Below are positions 12,674 through 24,110 of a stretch of 64,000 nt of DNA, piece by piece; the first letter of the stretch is position 1; each line of letters begins with the position of its first letter. Source of the DNA: Octopus bimaculoides (Eukaryota); the NCBI RefSeq assembly GCF_001194135.2, contig NC_068987.1, positions 3,082,371 to 3,146,370 of the forward strand, in the 5' to 3' direction. A program made the position numbers and the translations under genes. Below the pieces are notes generated by a model. It searched no databases, was not told the DNA's origin, and worked only from the letters and a program-made list of their open reading frames with translations.

Positions 12674-12798
12674 TCAGGAATCAAACTGCGAAGGAATAAA
12701 AGTCTGGATTGAAGAATTATTTTGATTTTGGTTGTTCTTGAATCCTCTCTGATTTTTAATATCAGAAGCTTCTCTGCCAAATATTGCAACAAAGCTGT
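12674..12798 (-). CDS. Possible terminal exon of the same gene (D-SFVAIFGREASDIKNQRG...SQFDS*)
   Basis: ttctttcag acceptor; phase-1 compatible with the 19956 donor and extends the hydrophobic stretch; phase agreement has a 1-in-3 chance by luck. Confidence 0.28.
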
Positions 12799-13348
12799 CT
12801 GAAAGAATGGTTATCATACATAGTTGTTTTATCATCAGAATAGATTTCTATCTTTTAACTGTTGGACTGTGGCCATGCTGGGGCACCATCTTGAAAAGGT
12901 TTTTAGTGGAATAAGTTGACTTCAGTGTTTATTATTTTAAAGTCTGGTAATTATTCTACCAATCTCTTTTGCTGAACTGTTAAGTTACAGGAATGTAAAC
13001 AAACACCAGTTGTCAAGTGGTGTGGCTGTATTATAGTCTTAATTACTGTTGAAATAATGTATTCTGCACATGATAATTGTTTGTATTTAGTTACGAAATG
13101 ATTAACATGTTAAGCATTAATTATTGTTTTGATACCTACTAATTTTTGAAAAACATCACATTAATTAAACACAGCATTATGTGCCTAATCAACACGAGAT
13201 GTTGATAATTTGTGTTCGGTAATTATTTGTTCACAAATCAAATAATATTTTATTCAGGGCTGAGTGTGGACATTATTTTCACTATTAGCAGTGTTATCAA
13301 CATTATTGTCTATTCCCAATGTTCTCAACTAACAAACAGCAGTTTCTG

Positions 13349-13362
13349 ATTGCTATGGTAAC
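13349..13362. promoter_or_regulatory. RFX X-box-like motif ATTGCTATGGTAAC
   Basis: Fits RYYNYY-AT-RRNAAC and lies about 80 bp from a locally CpG-richer stretch; single motif only. Confidence 0.2.
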
Positions 13363-13669
13363 AAATATTATGAGGACAGTAAAATAAAGATTAGAAATAT
13401 AAGTTACAATAAAGCAAAATGTGATTAGTAAAGAATGAAAGTTCGGTGGATCAGCATACACCTGTTCTCTCCTTTATTCTATGTGACGGGACATCAGGGG
13501 AATACTTGGAATAATATTTGTGTCAAACGTCTCACCACCACCCCCTCCTACGAATAACACCCTCTCCTATCAATAATCTTGTTTACTGTCAACACTGATA
13601 ACAGCAAAAACTGGTTCTGAACTTTTTATTTATGACAAAAAGATTTCAGGCTTAAATTGGTGTGAAGGC

Positions 13670-13930
13670 ATGTGGCTTTGTGGTTAGAGTAATCAGCTTT
13701 CAATTGCAAGGTCGTTAGTTCAATTCCTGGCAGTACATTGTGTCATTGAGCAAGACACTTTATTTCATCTTACTCCACTGCTTTCAGCCAGCAAAAATAA
13801 GTAGTAGCTGTATTTGAAAGGGCCAGCCTTGACACAGCCTGTCATGTTGAATCTCTATAAGAACTACATTAAGGGGACGTGTGTCAATGGAATGCTCCAC
13901 CACTTGCACATTTCACAAGCAGACTCTTCC
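13670..13930 (+). mobile_element. tRNA-headed SINE family E (related copy at about 11985-12230)
   Basis: Head GGCATGTGGCTTTGTGGTTAGAG...TAGTTCAATTCC; shared TGTGTC.TTGAGCAAGACACTTTATTTCA core. Confidence 0.6.
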
Positions 13931-15659
13931 GTTAATTGAATTGACTGGAGTGCCAGTTTATATACATTGGTCTTACAGTAAACCAAAAGACAAACCAAAG
14001 ACAGAACGGTGAAGAGATTTGTGAAGATAGTTTTATTCACACTAAACAGGAAAATATATTTTGTACCTGTCTATAAATTAATTTAGCTGTGATAAGTTTG
14101 ATTGACAGTAAAATCATTAATGATGAACTGTTAGTAATTACGAAAATGAGCTCAGTATTCTATAATGCTTGTTCATGAAGTGTGTGTGTGTGTGTGTACA
14201 ACGAAGTGAGTCGAAAGAGGTACCAACAGAACATGTATGTTTATGTGCACGTAACAAACTCAAGAAAGGTTTGTGACTCCATAGTAACCTTTGTATTTTA
14301 AAATGTAGATTGGAGCCTGGTGTTGCCATCCGGTTTCACCAGTCCTCAGTCAAATCGTCCAACCCATGCTAGCATGGAAAGTGGACGTAAAACGATGATG
14401 ATGATGATGATGATTCCAGTTGTATGTACTCTAAAATAAAAGTTAGAGGGTAAGGAGGTCATACGGTTCATTTGTAAAATGCTCTGCACATGAAAATTGT
14501 TGGCTGTGAAAAGTCCTCTATCTCTGTTTCACTGCAATAGCTATGGTTGCTCTTCTTCTTGCCAGTTTCTTGGGTGCTGGTAAAAGTGGGGTCTGAGCTG
14601 TTTGTAAAACTCATCTATTGCTCAAGTTGTTGGTACTTACAGCTGATCTGCTTCTATGACTGCTGGTAAAATGCCAGTCTATCTGCTTGTATTCTGTTTT
14701 TCTGAACAACTAGGTGTTTGGTAGACAATGACTTTTGGTAGACAGTAAACTGGGTTCATAATAGTTCTTGATGTGCACTCTGTTGTTATTTTGCTGTTGC
14801 TGGGTCTAATGGTTACTATCCACAAAAAAGGCATACTAGTTAATTAGTTGTTCCCTTATGAAAGATTCACTACACTCTCTTCATGGTATATCTGGTATTG
14901 TAGTAACTTGATGAGAAGATTGTTGTGTTATATAATGATATCATGTAATGATGATTGATAAATAAATATAATTTTAATTTCATAAGTGTTTTCAATTTGT
15001 ATTGAGTGCATATCCATCTTAAAATACAATTAAGTATGGAAGTGTTTTCAAGAAAGATTATAAATGAGCCATTATATCTCTAGCTGATTGTAATGTTTAT
15101 TCTGTTGTATATTGCAGAATACTACAAAATAAACATTACAATCAGCTATAGACATAAGACCAGATGTTTTATAGTTGAAACATGTCAAAGAAAAAGTATC
15201 ATGTCAAACACTTTATCAAATAAATTTTATATTAATTTGTTAATAAATGTCAAACTTTCACATATTTTAGTTAGAATCCTGAATAGTTTTTTTTCAGTTA
15301 TTCATTATACAGGATCCGAAACAGAAATTTTTGAAAACAGTTTTTGTAAAAAAGAACTTTAAATATACCAGACGTTACCAATTAAAAAATAGGGTTGAGA
15401 TTATACGTTGAGTATATATTTAACAGAAAATCATGATAGTATTATAACATTTCTTGACATAATGAATTATTTAGGCACATGAGCGCCAAGGATGAAACAA
15501 TCCGATTGTGGGGCATCCAAGACCGTGACAGCTAAGGATTTAAGGCATATTGACCGCAAGTTACGTAGGGAACCTGCACAAACAAACAAAGCCATTTCAC
15601 CACTTCTGGACTTCCTCATGTACCGAAAACTACCAGTCTAGTGAGCACATCAGCCAGAT

Positions 15660-16860
15660 TGACTACCGCCTCACCAGACAATGAGATAGATGGATGGTTA
15701 AAAACGCAAAGTCTTTCCCAAGTGAAGAGTGTACAACCCAACATAGGTTAATAGTTAGTGACTTCAGAATTAGAGCTAGAAAGACCCGGAGAAATAAGCC
15801 AATCTGGAAAAGGAGACTATGGAAGCTCAAAGACCCAGCAGACAGACAAAAATGCAAAGATTTGCTAATGAAAGCTTATGATGAGAGGAAGAGTTGGGAG
15901 ACATATAGTGTAGAGGATAACTGGAAGTTCCTGTGGAACAATCTGCCGAGGGCTACGGATGAAATCTGTGGTTGGTGCAGAGTTCCAGCTAGACCAAAGG
16001 TGACATGGTGGTGGAGCAAGGAGGTTGACCGTGTTACGAAAGCAAAAAGATAGGCCTGGAAAGAATGGAAGCAGAGAATTATATCAGGTAGCCAAAAGGG
16101 CAGCTGGGCGTCAGGTATACATAGCAAAAGGAGTAGCTGAAGGTGAGAGATTTGCAAATGCCCTACAATGTGAGGATCACAGGTGTGAGGTGTTCAGGAT
16201 TGCAAAGCAGTGTATCAGAGAGAATAGAGATGTGGTGGGTGAGAAATGTGTGCGAATGGTTCATGGTAAGAAATGTGTGTGAATGGATAATGGTATGCTT
16301 GCACTTAGTGACTCAGAGAAGAAAGATGCATGGAAGTGTCACTTTGAAAGGTTACTAAACATGGAAAATGAAAGGCAGAAGGAGAGTCTATCAAATATCA
16401 AACCAATTGAGGGACCAGCCATCAGAGTTGATAGCAGCATAATAGATAAGGCAATTAAGGACATGAAGACAGGGAAAGCTTCTGGGCCATCAGGAATCAT
16501 TGCCGAGATGATTAAAATTTCCAGTTGTGTAGGATACAGCTTAGTAACATGTATAGTTAATCAGGTTATTCAGGAAGGCACCATCCCCAATAACTTCTAT
16601 AGTAGCATTATAGTTAGCTGCTATAAGGGTAAAGGTGATGCCTTAGATAGAAACAACTACAGAGGTATTAAACTGCTGGACCAAGTCATGAAAGTTACTG
16701 AGAGGGTTATAGTTCAATTGATTAGAAATAGAATTAAACTAAATGAGATGCAGTTTGATTTTGTACCTGGGAAGAGTACCACAGATGCCATCTTCCAAGT
16801 GAGACAGCTGCCGAAAGTAAGCCATTGTACTTAGCCTTCGTTGACCTGGAGAAAGCTTGT
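15660..16860 (+). mobile_element. RTE-type LINE fragment (EN C-terminus, linker, RT N-terminal half)
   Basis: SEECTTQHRLIVSDF, GKASGPSGIIAEMIK, YKGKGDALDRNNYRGIKLL, QFDFVPGKSTTDAIF, FVDLEKA; few stops and frameshifts. Confidence 0.93.
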
Positions 16861-17419
16861 ATTGATGCCATTAATACATATTAAAACCATCTCTACATGG
16901 TTTGTACTTCTCCGACAATATGGTTAGTGCAATGTCTGTCTGTTTGTACTTCTCCAGTGAAACGGGCAGCTTTTACGTTTCAATTAATTTAGTTTGTCAG
17001 TGGCTCTAATGGCTACATTTATATAAAGTGGCACCATTGTTACTTCTAGCGTTATGTGGACACTTCATTATGAATGCATTTGGTCTGTTTCTACAGATTT
17101 TGATCAAGAAACAACTCCTGCAAATTTTGAGACACCATTTACACACGGTTGATAAATGGTTCCGCTTCTGTGCCATTATAAGCATTTTCTTGTTATTTAC
17201 TTGAAATATTATTTAAACGTTGACAGTGAGCAAACAGAATGACAGTGGCAAGAGGAGAAAGTAAGCCAAGACCACTAAAAACAACACCCTTGCTCCGAGA
17301 TCAATATCACAATATTATTTGATCTCTCGATCTTTATACACACACACACTCTCTCTCTCTCTCTCTTTCTCTCTCCCTCCCTCTCTCTCTTTTTCTCTCC
17401 CTCCTACTCTCTCCCACGC

Positions 17420-17853
17420 AGGTTGGAACAGGTTATGAAAATTATCGAAAAGGTTTACTACAGTGATTAAGGTGAGAATTTACAAAGAGGCAATGCAGTT
17501 TGATTTTGTACCAGAGAAAAGTACTTCTGATGCCATCTTTCTTGTGAAACAGCTGTGGAAAGGGTCTCTAGCCTGATTCAAGCTCCCTATACCTGATGTT
17601 TGTTGACCTAGAGAAGACCTTTCACAGGGTTCCACACTTTGTGATTTGGTGGTCACTGAGGAAGCATGGAGAATATGAATGGCTTGTGACAGCTGTACAA
17701 ACCATGTACAGAAGTACTGTTTGGAAGTTGAGACTTATTAAAAAGTATAAAGATGGATTTAGCACAAAGGTAAAGGTACCTCAGGGCTTAGGGCTCAACC
17801 CCCTTCTGTTCATTAAAATCCTCAGAGCCATAACAGAGGAGTTTAAAAACTGA
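17420..17853 (+). mobile_element. Second, more diverged RTE RT fragment overlapping in sequence with the end of the first
   Basis: Repeats QFDFVPEKSTSDAIF and continues FVDLEKTFHRVP...WWSLRK...KVKVPQGLGLNPLLF. Confidence 0.85.
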
Positions 17854-18149
17854 TTGCTTTCAAGACCCATAAGTTACTAACATGTAAAGACCATATTTTG
17901 GCCACAAGTATCATACAATTTACTGTTGACATTTATTGAGAAACCCTTTGTTGGCGGCAGAAGTGGTCTTTATCTTTCTCACTGCACCTCGTTTTCCCCC
18001 TTCCCCTCTTCCCGTTGCCTCCTCATCTGGGATGTTTCCATAGCACTTCTTCTCCTCCCTACCTTTAGGCTCACTTTCCAGCCTCCACTTCCTTTATTTA
18101 TGGTGAGTTTCGAGCACCACATAAATTAGCCAGTCTAATTCCATTATAA

Positions 18150-18680
18150 TGGTGTACTTACTATGATACTTACAAGTACACTAGTAACTACACCCTTGAC
18201 AAGTACTGCATTGTTTGTCATTACATGAATCTTCTTGAAATCCTTTTCTGTCCTCATCTTGGTCAAATTTTGCATGGGTCAATAATCGCTTAAAATTTTT
18301 TGGCAGTCTTTTAAATTATTAAATTACCGTTTCCTTATTGATTAGTTGGTAGTGTTGTAGACTCTGTGCAATGATCGGTAGTTGTTCTCTTGCTACAGTA
18401 AAACTATCTTCTTTCATATCGTTATCGGTTAAAACAATGATATATGAGGTTGTTGAGTCTGTGGTATTTGTAAGACTTTTTTCAATTCTATGCTTTATTT
18501 AGAGCAGCAGATATTTCTGAGAAATTAAGAATTCTTCGTTTGTTTCTAAATTCTTTGCTTTCAACTATTGTACATATTTCTTGAGCTAAACAACATGGAA
18601 TATTTCTTTTTGTATGGATTGGGGCCATGAAATAAAGTTTTGTCTTGCAAGGTATTGTGATATTAGTTTTGATCACATGA
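18150..18680 (-). mobile_element. PLE fossil (RT thumb plus Cys-rich linker, Neptune-like)
   Basis: HTKRNIPCCLAQEICTIVE (SxHPxxxKxxIP region) and KRLPKNFKRLLTHAKF...CNDKQCSTC. Confidence 0.7.
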
Positions 18681-19955
18681 CTTTGATTGTCTCGATTGCT
18701 GTTATTTGCCTGCAGTGCAACTGCGCAGAGTTCTGTTCTGTTTACGGCACGACGTGTTCAGTATTAGTTTTTGGTTAGTCGAGACTGTAGCAACTCGCTG
18801 CTTAAAATTGTTATTGCGCTGAAGTTTAGTTTTGCTTACAATTTAACAATCTTTGTATTGTAGATTATTGGATTTTTAGACCATTAAGACCTTTTAAACT
18901 TAGACATTCCAGTTTGGGTTTATAACACAAGGTATTTGGTAACCCTGTTGGTGCTGGTGCCATATGAAAAGCACCCAGTACACTCTGTAAAGTAGTTGGT
19001 GTTAGGAAGGGTATCCAACTATACAAACCATGCCAAAACAGACAATGGAACCTAGTGCAACTCCTCGCCTTGCCAATTCCTGTCAAACCATTTAGCATGG
19101 AAAAGTTATTATTTCGCTTCATATCAATATTTTTCAGTTTGTCTGTTTCATGAACTTTGCAACAGTTATACCCTCTTACTGATGCAGTGACATTAAATCT
19201 AGGATGCCATACTGTTATGTCACTCATCAGTTGTAACAGTAATCTGTTATTGATATTATGACTATGCTATTCACCTGAAGGTTGTTATAAAACATGAAAG
19301 TACTAGTGAACTGTGAATGCATGTTCAAAATCCAGTTTAAGTTGAACTTCTACATGACAGATAACACACACACACACACACACACACCATAAACTTATAA
19401 GCATGCTTTAAGCCAAATGGCTTTGTAATTTTACCAAACCCTAAACTAATCTCTTCTCTGTTCTTCCTTTCTTTGTTCACCTCAAATGTTTTGATAGTCC
19501 AATAGTTTATCACTGTCACACTTAAAGTACGTTAGTCACAGCAATTACTAACTACAGCTCTCTCATTGATGGACGTCTCTCACTTTGATAATTACTGTTA
19601 AGTACAGTAGTAGTAAGTTGTAGAACTTGATAGTTTATAAATAATTATTGTAATGGATAAGTGTGTGTGTGGTTGACTGTATACAAGTGTCTGTTTGACT
19701 GGCTGTATGTGTGTGTATGTGCCTGACTCTGTGTGTGTGGTGTGAGACATATATCGTTCCAGTGGTATAAAAGTAATAGGTACAATGAGGAGTAAACATT
19801 AACTTTAGCTCACCTCTGTTGGTGAACTTCACTTCATTAATTAACAAGTTCTGTTTATGATCACTTAGACAAGCAGCTCAAATAGCAACCTTAACAGATG
19901 TTACACACGCACGCACAAACATGTGCAAGTGACAAATTTATTAGCTCTGCAAAAC

Positions 19956-20137
19956 CTATATTTAAGAGGGTGAGAGCTATAATGCTTCCCATGAGCCAGT
20001 TAAGTCTCCAGCTGGGGATGGACTCTGTGGAATCGGTGGTGGGTCTTTCTGGTGCCTCAGATTTATGTATTTCTAGCTGGGTGGATTTCCTTTCACTGGT
20101 TTCAGTTTCTTGGACAGCTGCCAGGCTGAGGCACCAC
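19956..20137 (-). CDS. Putative exon of the same gene (WCLSLAAVQETETSERK...WRLNWLMGSIIALTLLNI)
   Basis: ttacag acceptor just after an in-frame stop; 60 open codons with a polar linker then a hydrophobic segment; weak donor ATAG|gttttg, or read-through to TAA at 19891. Confidence 0.45.
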
Positions 20138-20739
20138 CTGTAAGGCTTTTAGACAGCTTATTAACCCCATCTGTGTCTGCTACTTATTTTATCAAATACC
20201 ATTTAACAATTGGCTAAGTTATGTTATTGGTGTCAATAGGTGCATCTAGATACATTGTTTTGTTATGCACCCACTCACACACATCTGCACAGTTTCCACC
20301 TATCAAATTTCACTCACAAGACATTAGTCAACTCAGAGCTACAATGGAAGCCATTTGCAAAAGATTGCACTCAGTAAAATAGAATGGCGAACCACATGGT
20401 TGCAAAGTAAACTTCTTAAGCACATAATTACACACACACACACACACACAGAGGAAGGNNNNNNNNNNNNNNNNNNNNNNNNNNCCCCCCCCATTACCAC
20501 AGAAAAAAACATTTCTCTCTCTTATATAAAACTTTTCTTCCTAAAAGAACACCTAAACACTTTATGAAGTTGACAAAAATCCCTTGCGTCCCACATACAA
20601 AGCTCATCTGAGTCTGTGGGATTATCGTCTTAATGATTCCAGCCAGCCGAGTTCTTTGTTTTGTAAATTATTCTGGGAAAAAGCATTCTTCACGAACTAA
20701 TGAAAATATTCTCGACGTTTTGTGTAGCTCAATTCTTAC

Positions 20740-20877
20740 TGAAACATCCAGTCTAGCAAATGGACAAGATAGCCATAAGTTCCTCCATTAATACCAGTGG
20801 TTTCTTGTTCTAAGCGCCAACCTTTGCTGAATTTATCATGAAAACTAGGTTTAAGTAATTTCATAAACCTCTTTTCT
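20740..20877 (-). CDS. Putative internal exon of an unnamed - strand gene (EKRFMKLLKPSFHDKFSKGWRLEQETTGINGGTYGYLVHLLDWMF-Q)
   Basis: ttcttag acceptor and TTTCA|gtaaga donor; 138 bp, phase 2/2, open frame; joins in frame to the next exon. Confidence 0.5.
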
Positions 20878-22592
20878 CTAAGAACAGGATATAGATATGC
20901 ATAGTGTAATGGATTATACATATGTATTACAAACATACATATGTATATATACACACACATATATATGACAGATTGTCTTATTGTGAATGACAAATGAGGG
21001 TTCAGTGAAAGAAAGTGTTAATAAATATGGAAACATCAGTGTTTAAGCACTTGGTTTGGTCTGAGCGCTTTTTATTTGTACCTATTTATGTGTCTTTTGA
21101 CACTTCTTACCTGTGACTATAGTCTACATTATGAGCGAAGAAACTTTAATGTAAATGGTGTCAAAACAGCTATTAGATGGCCCGCATATGTGTGTACCAG
21201 AGCTGAACAGTTACAAAATGTCTTACATTTGTGGAACAAAATCCAATTGTTAAAAGTTTCACTTGGATACTCCACTGAACAATGGACTTTAAATCGACTG
21301 AAGTTCACAAACTTCAATATTCCAACTTATCCATTGTTGCAACAAAGTATGGTTACAGTCTCTGCCAAGAAAACTAAATATATTATCTTCAATCTAACAG
21401 ACCAGAAGCTGCTCAAAACTGTTAAATAAGATACCTTACTTCAGATAATTTCTGAATTCAAATTCTTTATTATTGATGATAGTCTCAAAGGAGGACATCA
21501 AGATGTCGGTCTGTTCTGTACTCAATGATATAAGAAATATCTGAACTTCCATCCTTTTTCGGACAACTTTAGAAGAGAATCTTAATAACAACTAATCATA
21601 ACAATTGTTTTTCATGTCTGTAAAATTTGGGTCCTCCCTAGCTTGGGCAAGTCTCTTAATGACTGCTACACTTCCAGTACCGCAGCTGGTTGTCAACATC
21701 AACTACATTCAGAAAGCAATCAATAGGTCACTCCGTGCTGACCTAGCACAGATGACCAATATATTTTACAGCTGCTTGCTGGGTGCTGTCTGTGGCATTG
21801 AGAGCTGAAAGTCATTGTCTGGTAAGAGGGCCCTGAGTGCATAAGAATTGAGGCTCCTTCTTCTCAAAATTATGATCTAGACTGATTGGTGATGGGGGCG
21901 GTGGTGTTGTGATCGATGATAAGAGAGGAGTCACATCTGCCATTGTGACGTGTCTATTATCATGACCGAAACAGGTGTAAGGTATGGATTGTAATAAATG
22001 TGATTGTTGTAGTTTTTGAGTCCCTTGTACTTTATTGATCCTTTACTCGACAATACAAAAATGGAAATCTCAACAACAAGCTAGATTTGATCTGATTTCA
22101 TTTAGTATTGCCCTCCAAATTTTTCAACAGGTCTGGTCATGTAAATTACCATAAAGATGATAGCTCTTTTAAAATTGATAATCTCTTTCTTTCCCATTGA
22201 TAGCTCCTCACCTCATTTGATAACTAACTCTAACTCCAAAGAGGTAGTCACCCACATCCATGCATTGCTTGATGTTAACAAATTATGAAACTTTTCTTTT
22301 TAATCTTCAATCTTTTATCATTGTAATGATTCATTGAACTTTAGTCCTATCATTTTTATCTCTCTTTATCTCAGGAAACCTCTTAGGAGAGGTATCCTAC
22401 CTCCACCTTTCTAGACTCAACTGATGATGACACCTCTCTTATCTCAAGCCTCCTCTACATTATTTGGTTGTGTTTTAACATGCAATGACAGCATTTTTTA
22501 AAATTTTATATCAAGTTAGAATCTGTAATTTATTAAAATCTTATCAAGCAATTTTGTGGAATATCATTATTGGTTTAATATCATTGTAGTTT

Positions 22593-22900
22593 AAAAATGG
22601 AGACCACCTCCCCCTGTGGGATGAAGTTAAAGTAATAGACAGAGAACAGCACTGGAAAATACGAAAACTTAAAGAAGCAGCACATATGCTAGGACACAAC
22701 AACCTCCTAAGCAGACTGAGTGCAGATATGAGTAGCATATGGGAACCGGTATTAAGGAAGGATAGAATATTAAATTTATAAGCCTTAAAATTCACTCCAT
22801 AATTACCCATGGGCATATGGTGTAGTGATTAAGAGCACTGGCTACTAACCCCAAGATTCCTCCAGACAGTGACCTGAATAATAATAATAATAATAATAGT
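22593..22900 (+). mobile_element. Family D copy 4: PLE GIY-YIG endonuclease C-terminus followed by the tRNA-like head and (AAT)n
   Basis: Open frame 22593-22781 KNGDHLPLWDEVKVIDREQHWKIRKLKEAAHMLG...IWEPVLR; head starts at 22819. Confidence 0.8.
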
Positions 22901-23894
22901 TTAATATTAATTTAATACTACTTCAATTGCAGTACCAGATTTTTATTCAGCTGGGCAGTTATTTACAACACCAGTGATTGTTTTATTCGCAGCTTCTGAT
23001 ATGTTGGCAGTGCCAGATTTCATCCAGGCATGTAGCTATGAGTAAACATTATTGATAAAAAAAAGACCCTGCAAAGCCAAATGTATTTGGTATTCTTGCT
23101 ATCCACTGCAGAGATGAGTTTTCATCTTCCACCCCCCACCCACCCTCTATATTGCTTTTAAATACAGCAAGTCTGTAAGAGATGTTATCTACGACAAATA
23201 CTGCAGTAACTTGTATGATTTTTAGGTGGATTGAAAACTGCAGTTATCGAGATAACATAAATACTGAGATTTTACAAGAACACAAACCAAACTAATTAAG
23301 CAGTTAAATAGATCTATAAAAGTGTATTTTGGTATTGTTTTAACTCTGACATCTGCCCTACTAAGCAGACATTTGATCAAAAGCACTCTAACCATAACCA
23401 TCTTGTTTTCAAGATGGTAGTGTATGGTTGAAGAGGTATTTGGTGGCTACTTCTAGCAGACAGACTGATTTCATGTATGTAGCTGTAATAATATTTTACT
23501 GGTTTCTGTTATTGACCTGTGGTCATGCTGGAACACTACTTTCTAAGGTATTGTTGGTTACAATTTATTTTATTGACCATGGAAGGCAAGGTGGACCTAG
23601 GTATGATTTGAACTCAGAATATAAAAATATACCACAGGGTATATCATTTGATGCTCTACTGATTTGTTATCTCATAAAACCTCTTAAAAGGAGAGCTCTC
23701 CCACCTCCACCGCTGTAGTCTCAACTGATGATAACAGCTCTCTTATCACAAACCTCTTTTACATTAGTCAGTTGTGTTTTAACATGCAATGGCAGCACTT
23801 TATTTTATATCAAGATAGAAACAGGAATTTAATGAAACTTTGTTGAACAATTTCATGGAATAGTATTATTTTAGTTATAGAATTAACAAAAGAC

Positions 23895-24110
23895 AGCAAA
23901 TTGACAAAACCATTAGCATGCCAAGCAAAATGCTTAGCAGGAGTTCATCTGTCTTTAAGTTCTGAGTTTAAATTCCACCAAGGTTGACTTGACCTTTCAT
24001 CCTTTTGGGGTTGATAAAATAAGTACCAGTTGAGCACTGAGGTCAATGTAATTGACTTACTTCCTCACATCCCTGAAATTGCTGGCCTTGTGCCAAAATT
24101 TGAAACCAAT
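23895..24110 (+). mobile_element. tRNA-headed SINE family B
   Basis: AAATGCTTAGC...TTCTGAGTTTAAATTCCACCAAGGTTGACTTGACCTTTCATCC...GATAAAATAAGTACCAGTTG; matches the copies at 40.4-42.3 kb and 50.0-50.6 kb. Confidence 0.75.

Noticed and set aside
12475-12792. 105-aa - strand ORF from the track
   Set aside because: No recognisable motif; a different frame fits the acceptor and phase better, and both are unproven
21076-21429. 117-aa + strand ORF
   Set aside because: TTG start, no family motifs and no consistent splice partners
22385-22560. Repeat shared with 23690-23880 containing CTGATGA
   Set aside because: A real dispersed repeat, but no GAAA core after a stem, so no ribozyme call
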